64,000 nucleotides of DNA from contig SORT01000003.1 in the NCBI GenBank assembly GCA_004402895.1, forward strand, positions 1,009 to 65,008, given 5' to 3'. The notes under the pieces are model-generated. The model saw nothing but the letters and a program-made list of their open reading frames with translations. It made no database searches and was not told the DNA's origin. This document shows positions 32,470 through 42,361 of the stretch, piece by piece. The DNA comes from Fidelibacterota bacterium MT.SAG.3 (lineage in GTDB: Bacteria > Fidelibacterota > SORT01). How positions within the stretch are numbered: the stretch's first letter is position 1; each line of letters opens with the position of its first letter. Position numbers and translations under genes: made by a program.

Positions 32470-35076
32470 TTATTTAGTCAATTCTGATAATATCAGAGAT
32501 GATTGACTTAGCGCTTTCTCAATCAGCTCCGGTTTTCCTCCGCCAGCTGTGGCGATACGGTCACTTCCGCCGCCGCCGCCGCCGATAATCTCAATCAATC
32601 CTGTTAATACTTTCGTAGCGGTAATGTTTTCGCTTTTAATAATATCTTGAGTTACAATAACGACAATATTTGCTTTGTTGTCAATTTCACTCGCTAATAC
32701 TCCTACTCCGCTTTTCAGTATTTCCCGTAGTTTATCAGCCACGTCTTTCATTTCTTCAAGAGAGGAAGCTTCTAAACGGCGGGTGACAAGAGTCACAGCT
32801 CCTATCTTATTATTCGGATCGATCCAAGAATCAAAATCAATTGTATTAGATAATTTTATTTTTTTCAGTTGTCTTTCAAGCTCTTTATTGCTTTCGGAAA
32901 GAGATTTAATCCTTTCCGGAAGTTGCTCCGATCTTACCGACAGACGATTTTCCAACTCTGATAGTACCGATCTGTTTTCCTGTACGTATCTTAGCGCTCC
33001 TTCGCCTGTAACTGCTTCAATCCTGCGAACTCCCGAGGATACCGATGATTCATGGGTTATAAGAAACAGACCTATGTCACCAGTCCTTTCAACATGAGTG
33101 CCGCCGCAAAGCTCCTTGCTGAAATCAGATATCTCAACCATACGCACTTCATCACCGTATTTCTCGCCAAACAGCGCCATAGCGCCTGACTTTTTCGCAT
33201 TCTCAAAGGTTGTAAGAGTAGTTTTAAGTTTTAAGTTTTCTCGAATTTTTTCATTTACTGCAATTTCAATATTCTTGAGTTGTTCTAAGGTAGGTTTTTC
33301 TGAATGATGATAATCAAACCGTAACCTATCAGGCGCCACCAATGAACCCGCCTGCTCGACATGATCCCCGAGTTCGCCTCTTAACGCAGCATGCATCAGA
33401 TGTGTGGCAGTGTGATTAGGTAGGATATTCTTACGCCATTCGGGATTAACCTCTGCTTTGACTTTCATATCAGGTTTCGGATCACCATCAAGAACCACCC
33501 CGATATGAACATAATGCAAGCCGCCAACTTTTTGAGTATCATCGACTCTTATTTTTAAACCTTTAGCGGAAATAAGCCCATTGTCTCCTACCTGTCCACC
33601 CGATTCCGCGTAATAAGGTGTTTCTTTAAGTAAAAGCCGTATATCTTTATCAGTATGAAATATAATTTGTGTTATCTCAGTTTCCACTTCAAGCTTATCA
33701 TACCCTGAAAAGAGAGTCGGCTCTCCCTTTATCTCCACTCCTTCAGGGACCAAATCGCCCGAAACAAATTTTTTCTTTTGACGACTCCGCTTCTTTTGTA
33801 CCGCCATCGCCTTGTCGAATTCATCTAAATCAACAGACAATCCCTTCTCTTTTGCCATCAGGGATGTCAAATCGATCGGGAAACCAAAAGTGTCGTATAA
33901 TTTAAAGGCATCTTCACCTGAAATCAGCTTTGAAGAACTTTTTTTCATCTTATCAGTCAACTGTTCAAAAAGCTCCAAACCCCTATCTATAGTTTCGCCG
34001 AAACTCTCTTCTTCAGTTTTTATGATCCTTACTATATGCTCTTTTCGCTCACGCAGTTCGGGAAACGTATCTCCCATTAGATCGGCAAGAGTAGGAACAA
34101 TCTTATAAATAAACGGAGTATTTAGATCAAGATTCCTTCCGAACTTAGCGGCTCGCCGCAGCAACCTTCTTATCACATACCCCCGCCCCTCATTGGAGGG
34201 CATAACTCCGTCGGCGATGGCAAATGACAATGAACGAAGGTGATCCGCGATCACTCTGAATGCGTTTTGATCTTCACCTTCATATTTTTTCCCGCTGATT
34301 TTTTCTATCTCTTTGATAATCGGCGAAAATATATCTGTATCATAGTTTGACGACTTGCCTTGAACTACAGCTGTCAATCGCTCCAACCCCAAACCTGTAT
34401 CTACATGCTTTTTCGGAAGATCGTTCAGTTTTCCTTCTGAATCTCGGAAATATTGTATAAAGACGAGATTCCATATCTCGATATATTCAGCATCTCCCGA
34501 ATTGATCTTATCAGCTGACTGCCCTTCTACATCATCACCTATGTAATAGTGTATTTCCGAGCATGGTCCGCACGGTCCGGTATTGCCCATCTCCCAAAAA
34601 TTCTCCTTATCGCCAAACCGGAGAACTCGTTCAGCCGGTAATTCCGTAACCTCAGGCCAAAGCTTCTCGGATTCATCATCACTGTCATGAACTGTCGCCC
34701 ACAACCTCTCTTTCTCGAACCCCCAAACATCGATGAGCAATTCCCAAGCCCATTCTATCGCTTCCTTTTTGTAATAGTCGCCGAATGACCAATTACCGAG
34801 CATTTCAAAAAAGGTGTGATGGTAAGTATCGAGTCCGACATCCTCAAGATCGTTATGTTTTCCGCTAACCCTGATGCATTTTTGAGTATCAACTATACGC
34901 GGTACTTTGGGACTTTCTGTTCCAAGGAATATATTCTTAAATTGGTTCATCCCCGCATTTATGAACAACAACGTCGGATCGTCGGAAGGCACGACCGGAG
35001 CGGAGGGAACAACTTTATGTCCTTTTTCTTCAAAAAAATCAAAAAATTCTTGTCGTATCTCGTTTACTGTTTTCAT
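32470..35076 (-). CDS. alaS: alanine--tRNA ligase
   Basis: 868 aa. Class II catalytic core, editing domain with HTATHLMHAALR and CGGTHV zinc motifs, and a C-terminal DHHA1 domain with a GGGGG stretch. Confidence 0.95.
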   Translation of the reverse strand: MKTVNEIRQEFFDFFEEKGHKVVPSAPVVPSDDPTLLFINAGMNQFKNIFLGTESPKVPRIVDTQKCIRVSGKHNDLEDVGLDTYHHTFFEMLGNWSFGDYYKKEAIEWAWELLIDVWGFEKERLWATVHDSDDESEKLWPEVTELPAERVLRFGDKENFWEMGNTGPCGPCSEIHYYIGDDVEGQSADKINSGDAEYIEIWNLVFIQYFRDSEGKLNDLPKKHVDTGLGLERLTAVVQGKSSNYDTDIFSPIIKEIEKISGKKYEGEDQNAFRVIADHLRSLSFAIADGVMPSNEGRGYVIRRLLRRAAKFGRNLDLNTPFIYKIVPTLADLMGDTFPELRERKEHIVRIIKTEEESFGETIDRGLELFEQLTDKMKKSSSKLISGEDAFKLYDTFGFPIDLTSLMAKEKGLSVDLDEFDKAMAVQKKRSRQKKKFVSGDLVPEGVEIKGEPTLFSGYDKLEVETEITQIIFHTDKDIRLLLKETPYYAESGGQVGDNGLISAKGLKIRVDDTQKVGGLHYVHIGVVLDGDPKPDMKVKAEVNPEWRKNILPNHTATHLMHAALRGELGDHVEQAGSLVAPDRLRFDYHHSEKPTLEQLKNIEIAVNEKIRENLKLKTTLTTFENAKKSGAMALFGEKYGDEVRMVEISDFSKELCGGTHVERTGDIGLFLITHESSVSSGVRRIEAVTGEGALRYVQENRSVLSELENRLSVRSEQLPERIKSLSESNKELERQLKKIKLSNTIDFDSWIDPNNKIGAVTLVTRRLEASSLEEMKDVADKLREILKSGVGVLASEIDNKANIVVIVTQDIIKSENITATKVLTGLIEIIGGGGGGSDRIATAGGGKPELIEKALSQSSLILSELTK

Positions 35077-35078
35077 CT

Positions 35079-35588
35079 TTATTCTAATTTAAAATTATCA
35101 TATTCTGCGATTACTTCCCGAATAACATCCCAGCGAAACCCGCGTCTCTTAAGGAAATCTATATGTCTTTTCATATCTTTTTGTTCTAACGTATCTTGGT
35201 AACGCAAGCGTCTTGTCAGCAGTTTTCGTATGAGATCGAATTGACTGTATTCTTCATACATCTTACGGATGACCTCTTCGAGAAGCTCTTTTTCAATACC
35301 TTTTACGTATAATTCCGACCGAATTTTCTCAGGACCCCAGGATCTTCCTTCTATCTTACTTCTCGAAAAGGCGATGGCAAAACGTTCATCATTAAGGAGG
35401 TTTGCTTTAGTTAATAATTCTAATACGCGCTCAATTATCTCCTCACGATACCCCTTCTGGTTCAATTTCAGTCTCATCTCTTTGACCGATCTATCGCGAT
35501 ACCCCAAATACATCAGCGCACTATCCTTTGCTTTTGCAAGCGGGTCAATATTTAGCTGCTCTGAATTCCTATGCGGCATGGTACACAA
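35079..35588 (-). CDS. recX: recombination regulator RecX
   Basis: 169 aa. LNDERFAIAFSRSK ... GPEKIRSELYVKGI are RecX repeats. Lies immediately downstream of recA. Confidence 0.8.
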   Translation of the reverse strand: MCTMPHRNSEQLNIDPLAKAKDSALMYLGYRDRSVKEMRLKLNQKGYREEIIERVLELLTKANLLNDERFAIAFSRSKIEGRSWGPEKIRSELYVKGIEKELLEEVIRKMYEEYSQFDLIRKLLTRRLRYQDTLEQKDMKRHIDFLKRRGFRWDVIREVIAEYDNFKLE

Positions 35589-35609
35589 AAAATATTTTAA
35601 TTATGATAT

Positions 35610-36674
35610 TTATTCTTTTTCATCATCCTTTTTGTCAGTGTCCTTATTTTCGGGAGTATCAGAGTCAGGGCTATCAATCAATCCTAAGTGTTCTTTCACT
35701 TTCACAGTCAGGTCCTCGAGCATATCCGGATTATCATGTAAGTACACTTTGGTATTTTCTCTGCCTTGCCCAAGCCTTTCGTCACCATAAGAATACCAGC
35801 TTCCCATTTTCGAGATGAGATCGGCTTCTAATGCGATATCGAGTATATCAGCCTCGTACGAGATTCCGAAACCGTACATTATATCGAGTTCCACCTCCCT
35901 AAATGGCGGCGCCATCTTATTCTTTACAACTTTAACTCTTACCCTGTTTCCGACTGCAATTGAACCTTCTTTGATAGCTCCTATTCTCCTGATATCCAAT
36001 CTAACGGATGCATAGAATTTTAGCGCCCTGCCTCCGGTGGTAGTCTCGGGACTGCCGAACATAACGCCTATTTTCATCCGAATTTGATTTATGAATATCA
36101 CACAGGTATTTGATTTTTTAATGATACCCGCCAATTTTCGAAGCGCTTGAGACATCAACCTCGCTTGTAATCCCATATGCGAATCACCCATCTCTCCCTC
36201 GAGCTCCGCTCTGGGAACTAAGGCAGCTACAGAATCAATAACTATAGTATCGATTGCGTTACTGCGTACCAACGTTTCCGTTATCTCCAATGCCTGCTCT
36301 CCCGAATCTGGCTGCGACAATAGAAGATCGTCTGTATTCACTCCCAACTTGGCGGCATATCTCGGATCAAGCGCGTGTTCCGCGTCAATAAATGCTACTT
36401 TGCCTCCGAGTTTTTGCGTTTCAGCCATGATGTGCAAACTCAGTGTCGTCTTACCTGAAGCCTCAGGACCATATATTTCGATGACCCTTCCGCGCGGCAC
36501 GCCGCCGATCCCAAGAGCGGCATCAAGAGATAAAGCTCCGGTCGGTATCACTTGAATCTCCATGTTTACATTCGAATCACCGAGCCTCATGATTGCCCCC
36601 TTGCCAAATTGTTTATCGATTTGACCTATTGCCAGTTCAAGCGCTTTAGCTTTTGCGTCTTCAGATTTAGCCAT
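35610..36674 (-). CDS. recA: recombinase RecA
   Basis: 354 aa. Walker [10 protein letters not shown] plus L1/L2 loops. Near-canonical RecA throughout. Confidence 0.97.
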   Translation of the reverse strand: MAKSEDAKAKALELAIGQIDKQFGKGAIMRLGDSNVNMEIQVIPTGALSLDAALGIGGVPRGRVIEIYGPEASGKTTLSLHIMAETQKLGGKVAFIDAEHALDPRYAAKLGVNTDDLLLSQPDSGEQALEITETLVRSNAIDTIVIDSVAALVPRAELEGEMGDSHMGLQARLMSQALRKLAGIIKKSNTCVIFINQIRMKIGVMFGSPETTTGGRALKFYASVRLDIRRIGAIKEGSIAVGNRVRVKVVKNKMAPPFREVELDIMYGFGISYEADILDIALEADLISKMGSWYSYGDERLGQGRENTKVYLHDNPDMLEDLTVKVKEHLGLIDSPDSDTPENKDTDKKDDEKE

Positions 36675-36683
36675 TCCTAACTC

Positions 36684-37247
36684 CTATTTATCAAGTTTGA
36701 CGGACTGCAGGTTTGTGTAAACCGCTCCATTTCGGTTTAACTCGCTGCGCATTAGTTTTAATGCGTCTACTTTAAATAATATACTCTCGATATGTATATC
36801 TTTTAAAATATTAATCACACTTTTTTGCTTTTTTGTACTTCTTATTCTTCCGATAGTAATATGAGGCTTATTTTCCCGATCATCTATTTCATAACCCAAT
36901 TTTGCCAGTTCTAATTCACAATTTTTAGACATGCTAATGAATTCCCGGACGTCGCCTTCTACTCCAAGCCAAAGAATTCGAGGACGTTTTTCATTTGGGA
37001 AAGCTCCCAAATGCCCTGTTTTAAGGTTCATTACCGAACTCTCTTTCACAGCGTTTTTCACAGCATCCGCAATATCGTTAATCCCATTTTCTTCCACATT
37101 TCCAAGAAATTTTACACTTAAATGGATATTCTCCTGTTTTACCCACTTTATTCCTTCTATGCTTCCTCCCAATTGATCTTGAATCTGCCGGACAACCCGC
37201 TTCACTTCAACTGGAAGTTCGATCGCTATAAAGGTTCTTATCATCAT
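36684..37247 (-). CDS. thpR: RNA 2',3'-cyclic phosphodiesterase (2H family, LigT/ThpR)
   Basis: 187 aa with two H-x-(T/S)-x motifs (HLSVKFLG and HITIGR). Ends 9 nt upstream of recA. Confidence 0.8.
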   Translation of the reverse strand: MMIRTFIAIELPVEVKRVVRQIQDQLGGSIEGIKWVKQENIHLSVKFLGNVEENGINDIADAVKNAVKESSVMNLKTGHLGAFPNEKRPRILWLGVEGDVREFISMSKNCELELAKLGYEIDDRENKPHITIGRIRSTKKQKSVINILKDIHIESILFKVDALKLMRSELNRNGAVYTNLQSVKLDK

Positions 37248-37408
37248 TTTGGCATAGATTAGTAATTTATACTTTATAAATCAGGTAAGCAAAAGAAATG
37301 TAATACATCTCGCTCGGTATACAAATAAACAGGATCAAGTCTTAAAAACCTTCTATCCTCTTGACTTTTCCATAATATAAAAATACATTTTGTTGTTACT
37401 GATAACTC

Positions 37409-38827
37409 ATGAGGTCATGTATTAAACGTTTTCTTGATTTGGTACTGCTGTTAGGGATAATTTCTGCAATTAATTATGCTTCGCTAAAAGCTCAGGCAAT
37501 TTCTGACAGCGTATTATCAATACCAAAACCTATGCCGGCGCAGCGCATGGTTATTCATCCACTCTCCCTCATCAATCTGAGTGACCGGGTTGGAAGGAAA
37601 TTGGATTCACGAATTCGAACCATTATAAAGAAGAACGGAAATTATTTTGTGTTCAGCGGGGATCAAGTGCGAGAAATTTTTCAGAGTCAAAATCTTTCAA
37701 CTCAGAGCAATTGTAAATCTGTTGATTGCCTTTCCACCTTTGGACAGAATACAGGCGCTGATTTTGGTATAGGTGGTGAGATCAGATTGCTCCCGAACGG
37801 TTATCATTTTGATCTGAATCTCGTTGGAACAATTCAAAAAAGACGGATGAACCATGTATCCAAAACTCTGACAAGTGATTGGGAGCGACTGATAAATATT
37901 GAACTTCCCGACTTAATAAACAAACTCTTAGAGACTCCTAAAACCGAGATATCGGGCACTCTTATAGTTAAAAGTGATGCTGACAGCGCGATTGTCTACG
38001 TCGATGGAATTCTTGTCGGAAAAACTCCGTACACAAATTCTGATATGAGCTTCGGGAGCCATTTGGTCAGAGTAGTAAACACTTCTGAGTTCAAAGAGAA
38101 AATTGAGAAAATTCTTCTCACACCTGATGAACCGATTTTAACTGTTGTCTCGAATTTCAGGTTTAAATTGGGCGAATTATACGTTTCAGGATTACCTTAC
38201 GGTGCCAGTCTGACCTTAAATGATATCCGAGTTGGCGCAATCCCTTATAAGGATGAAAAAGTGTTTTGGGGAGAATATAATATCATCGCAAAGCATATTG
38301 GATATTATGACCAAGAGTTGACGACACAAATCAAAGGTTATGAGCCTAAGCACGTTGAATTGGTATTAAAATACAAAAATCGATACCTTGCTATGTTTTA
38401 TTCAGCTCTGCTTCCTGGATGGGGTCAGGCTTATTCAGGGCATTATAAACGGGCTACTGCATTCCCTATCATCTATGCTTCAGGAATTTTAGCAAGTCAA
38501 TTTATGAACCAACAGTATTCAGATGCGTTAATAACTTATGAAGAAAAAAGAGACATTTACAAGGCGTCTATACCTCTAAGCGAAAGCATTGACGGAGCTC
38601 GCAGTGATATGGACCTTGCTTTAGATGACGCAAATAAAAAGAGATTGATTGGTCTTTCCGCCGTTGCTGCGACTACTCTGTTTTGGTTCTATAATCTCAA
38701 TGACGCACTGCTCGGTTTCCCTCCGAGAATTCGGGATCCATGGGAATCAGAAAAGGCTCGATTTCCGGCGTTAAGTTATTCTGCGACTAACAACGCACTT
38801 ATTTTAACTTTGAACAATGAATTTTGA
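37409..38827 (+). CDS. secreted PEGA-domain protein with DUF5683-like C-terminal region
   Basis: 472 aa with a signal peptide. Two PEGA-like segments (LIVKSDADSAIVYVDGILVGKTPY and GASLTLNDIRVGAIPY). LLPGWGQAYSGHYKRA resembles the DUF5683 motif seen at 22838-23332. Confidence 0.5.
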   Translation: MRSCIKRFLDLVLLLGIISAINYASLKAQAISDSVLSIPKPMPAQRMVIHPLSLINLSDRVGRKLDSRIRTIIKKNGNYFVFSGDQVREIFQSQNLSTQSNCKSVDCLSTFGQNTGADFGIGGEIRLLPNGYHFDLNLVGTIQKRRMNHVSKTLTSDWERLINIELPDLINKLLETPKTEISGTLIVKSDADSAIVYVDGILVGKTPYTNSDMSFGSHLVRVVNTSEFKEKIEKILLTPDEPILTVVSNFRFKLGELYVSGLPYGASLTLNDIRVGAIPYKDEKVFWGEYNIIAKHIGYYDQELTTQIKGYEPKHVELVLKYKNRYLAMFYSALLPGWGQAYSGHYKRATAFPIIYASGILASQFMNQQYSDALITYEEKRDIYKASIPLSESIDGARSDMDLALDDANKKRLIGLSAVAATTLFWFYNLNDALLGFPPRIRDPWESEKARFPALSYSATNNALILTLNNEF

Positions 38828-39711
38828 AAAAATTACTTTTCATAACATTCATCCTCCTTTTTGTAGGATGCTCCTTGTTCGAAGATGAGCCAGATTTCAC
38901 AGATTATGCAAATGTGTGGGATGATAATTCCGATTTTTATAAACCTCCGGAAACAATATTGATTGTTAAACCGGCATCTTTGATAGAAGAACACACGACC
39001 ACTTTTGTTTGGAATTCCACACGTTCAGGCACTCCTACAGACATTGATACATCCCTCATTGATACTTCAGAATATGCCAATATCACCTGGTCATACAGTT
39101 TGAATGGAAAAGCTTTTACTCCCGATTCAACTACCAGAAGAGTCACGTTCACTTACCTGACTGATACTCTGAATACGTTCGATATTCGTACACACTATCC
39201 AAACGGTGAAATTGAGGATCCACCGACCCATTATGAATTTAGAGTTGACAATATAGAAGGTCCTACCTTGCGATTTCATCCGAGAAAATATGATGATGCC
39301 ACCATTGGTATTCCATTTATTATGGAAATTTTTGCTGAAGAAGTTTCAGGCTTGACCGGCGCAAAAATCGTCTTGAATTATTCTCTTGATTCATTATCTA
39401 TAGGAAATATATTCGCTCCTGCTGATTCGCTTTATTTTCTTTCTCCCAATGGCGAAACCACTCTATTTTTAGAATCGGTACGGTCCGATACTGCCGGCAT
39501 AGGCACAATAACCATAAATATGGCTTTAGCTGGCGCTGATGCAGATTCGGTAAGTGGAACTGGAAAATTGGCAATTCTTACGGTAACACCACTAATTTCT
39601 GACACTTCTTATATTGGATTTAGCTACGAGTCAATTTACAGAGACTCTGAAAACAAGGATATAGTTTTCCAAGATTCAAGCCTTGTCGACGGGATTATAA
39701 TTGCTCAATAG
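38824..39711 (+). CDS. lipoprotein with cohesin-like beta-sandwich region
   Basis: 295 aa with a lipobox (LFVGCSL). C-terminal region GAKIVLNYSLDSLSIG ... GKLAILTVTPLI resembles cohesin-type-I strand patterns. Assignment is by resemblance only. Overlaps the upstream gene by 4 nt. Confidence 0.35.
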   Translation: MKKLLFITFILLFVGCSLFEDEPDFTDYANVWDDNSDFYKPPETILIVKPASLIEEHTTTFVWNSTRSGTPTDIDTSLIDTSEYANITWSYSLNGKAFTPDSTTRRVTFTYLTDTLNTFDIRTHYPNGEIEDPPTHYEFRVDNIEGPTLRFHPRKYDDATIGIPFIMEIFAEEVSGLTGAKIVLNYSLDSLSIGNIFAPADSLYFLSPNGETTLFLESVRSDTAGIGTITINMALAGADADSVSGTGKLAILTVTPLISDTSYIGFSYESIYRDSENKDIVFQDSSLVDGIIIAQ

Positions 39712-42361
39712 TATTCATCAAAAATTCCCTTTGTTATTGCTATTAATCTTACTGAGCTCGGTCACGAGCCTTGCTGCCGTTCCTACGATAACTGTTACCA
39801 TTAATGGTACGGGAGAGTTCAGTGGAGACATCACATTCGATTATCTCATTACAGATTCTGATAATCTGCCAGTTGATCTCTTGGTTGAGTTCGACATAGG
39901 AAACGGATATACTGCCGCAACAATCACAGGTACGGTAAGCAACATTCCTCCTGCCGGTTATTCAGGATCATTAATTTGGAATTCGCTTACAGATGCAAAC
40001 GGAGTTGATGCGAGCAGCGCTATATTCCGTATTACTCCTTCAGATTCAAACGGCAGCGGCTCGGCCGGTGAAAGCGCTGCCTTCCACCTCGATAATAATG
40101 AGCCGCCTTTTGCCTCCATTGAAACTCCCGCTGGAGAAGTAGTTGGGGATATTGCAATATTATATCAATTATCAGATACTGAAAACGATGAACTTACACT
40201 GATAGGTGAATACGCTGTTGGTGGTATTTGGAACGCGGCAGTGACCCAAACAGGCATCACTTCTGATAATTACTCAGGCATTATGCTTTGGAATTCATTG
40301 ACCGATTTGCAGGGAATAGATAATGAATCAATACTATTCAGGATCACTGTTGCTGATACCGACAGCGGAAACACGGTAGCTACTTCATCGTTTCATGTGG
40401 ATAACAATAATCCCCCCTTCATTTCCGCTACAGGTCCGACGGAGGATGGATTCAGAGGGAACGCTTTGATAAATTATACTCTGTTTGACGATGAAACAGA
40501 TGTTTTGGGATTACTCATTGAATATTCAATCAATAATGGCTCCAGCTGGAACAGCGCTTCAATAACAGGCGATTCATCAAATATCATAAACTATAGTTCA
40601 TCAGTGACATGGCATTCACTCAGTGACATACCTCTCTTCGATGGTGTTGCACAAATTCGCCTGACTCCTCATGACAATGACAGAGGCTCCTCTGCCATAG
40701 TTCCGCTGTCCATAGATAATATCGGTTTACCTGAAGTAAGTTTCACTTCCGCATTTCCGGTAGATCCGAAAGAAGTCGTCGGAGATCATTCCTTTGACTA
40801 TCAGATCATAGATAATGAAGGCGACTCTGTATTTCTTGATATTGAATTCAGGAGAAACGGCGCTCCTTCATGGACTCCGACACTAATAGTCGGTGAGACA
40901 AATACTCTATTCCCTGATAAATACACAGGGACGCTCATCTGGCAGTCTGATTCCGCAGGACAGCTATCCCACGAAGATCGAATCGGAGTGGAGTTCAGAA
41001 TTAGAGCAAGGGATAAACATAATGGCGTTTGGGCTGATACTCTCATAATTCACGTGGATAATAACCTCAAACCTGAAGTCCTGACGGTACCGATGGATAT
41101 TCCTGAAACAATAACAGGCAGTATTGACTTACCTCTCGAGCTGACAGACATCGAGGGAGATACGTTGAGAATCTTGATATATTTCAGCAGTGACAGCGGT
41201 TCTACATGGAAAAGAGGTCACGCTCTCGGAGAGTCTAATAGTTTACTTCCATCAACTTTCACTCCTACAATCAGATATACTCCAACAACTATTTGGGATT
41301 CTGTCCTTGATATTGGATTTGTTCTTGACGCAGTTACCAGATTACGCTTTGCAGCCGTAGATAATGACAGGAGCGAGTGGGTTGAATCGAACGAATTTAT
41401 TGTAAATAATATTGTCGGGGATTTTTCGGGAGACTTTAAAATTGATTTCGACGATATCGCAGGATTTGTTGACACATGGATCTCTCAAGATTTAGTCAGA
41501 GAAACCGGACCAGTCGATTCAAATTCAACGGTGCCTGATCTGATAGTCACAAAAGACGGTGTCATAGATTTTGAGGATCTGATGGCATTCATCTTAATGT
41601 GGAATTGGTCTTACGATAATAACAAAGTTTCGCTATCGAAACAGATCTCTAATTTTTCCAGCTCCAAATCAGAACACCCAATAACAGTTTTTAATAAAAC
41701 CGATGAGAATCAAACGGCAGAACTCTATTTCTCACTGCCGGAATTAAAAGATGTATGGTCGGGAAGAGTATTACTGTCATATGACCAATCTGAAATAAAA
41801 ATCCGGGATATTTCCCTTTCAACTGAATATAATAAAAACCGAAACAGTCTCTTTATAAAGCGGACGGAGAATTCAGAAGGCGTTGCGGAAATTGTCGTCG
41901 CGCCACTCGATATCAAACCGCTCAGTCATTGGCAAGATGATATTTTTAGGATAAACTTTACCTCTGATAAACATGGATACACAGGGATGATCTCCATCGC
42001 ATACGACCTCAGGGATAAGAATGGAGCCGTTCTTTCAAGCGGAATTTTTGAGCACAGACTCGAAATTATCTCCACACTGCCTAAAGAGTATGCATTACAC
42101 AATAATTATCCGAATCCATTTAATCCCGTGACTACAATTGAATTTGATCTGCCCGTTTCCGGGAGAGTAGATCTGAAAATATTTAATTTACTTGGGGAGG
42201 AAGTTACGACACTTTTAAAGGAAGAATTTGAAGCAGGAAGACACAGCGTAATATGGGATGGACTGAATAACGCGCAGAATACCGTTTCTTCAGGTGTTTA
42301 TTTTTACTCGATCAAATCAGGAAGTTTCAGTGCAGTTAAAAAGATGATATTAATTCGTTAA
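39701..42361 (+). CDS. large surface protein: five tandem ~105-aa repeats, dockerin-like Ca-binding segment, T9SS C-terminal sorting domain
   Basis: 886 aa with a signal peptide. Five diverged repeats each end in a (H/S)(L/V)DNNxPP(F/E) motif. A duplicated D-rich loop GDFSGDFKIDFDDIAGFVDTW ... DGVIDFEDLMAFILMW is dockerin-like. The C-terminus NYPNPFNPVTTIEFDLP ... GVYFYSIKSGSFSAVKKMILIR is a T9SS sorting domain. Confidence 0.6.
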   Translation: MLNSIHQKFPLLLLLILLSSVTSLAAVPTITVTINGTGEFSGDITFDYLITDSDNLPVDLLVEFDIGNGYTAATITGTVSNIPPAGYSGSLIWNSLTDANGVDASSAIFRITPSDSNGSGSAGESAAFHLDNNEPPFASIETPAGEVVGDIAILYQLSDTENDELTLIGEYAVGGIWNAAVTQTGITSDNYSGIMLWNSLTDLQGIDNESILFRITVADTDSGNTVATSSFHVDNNNPPFISATGPTEDGFRGNALINYTLFDDETDVLGLLIEYSINNGSSWNSASITGDSSNIINYSSSVTWHSLSDIPLFDGVAQIRLTPHDNDRGSSAIVPLSIDNIGLPEVSFTSAFPVDPKEVVGDHSFDYQIIDNEGDSVFLDIEFRRNGAPSWTPTLIVGETNTLFPDKYTGTLIWQSDSAGQLSHEDRIGVEFRIRARDKHNGVWADTLIIHVDNNLKPEVLTVPMDIPETITGSIDLPLELTDIEGDTLRILIYFSSDSGSTWKRGHALGESNSLLPSTFTPTIRYTPTTIWDSVLDIGFVLDAVTRLRFAAVDNDRSEWVESNEFIVNNIVGDFSGDFKIDFDDIAGFVDTWISQDLVRETGPVDSNSTVPDLIVTKDGVIDFEDLMAFILMWNWSYDNNKVSLSKQISNFSSSKSEHPITVFNKTDENQTAELYFSLPELKDVWSGRVLLSYDQSEIKIRDISLSTEYNKNRNSLFIKRTENSEGVAEIVVAPLDIKPLSHWQDDIFRINFTSDKHGYTGMISIAYDLRDKNGAVLSSGIFEHRLEIISTLPKEYALHNNYPNPFNPVTTIEFDLPVSGRVDLKIFNLLGEEVTTLLKEEFEAGRHSVIWDGLNNAQNTVSSGVYFYSIKSGSFSAVKKMILIR

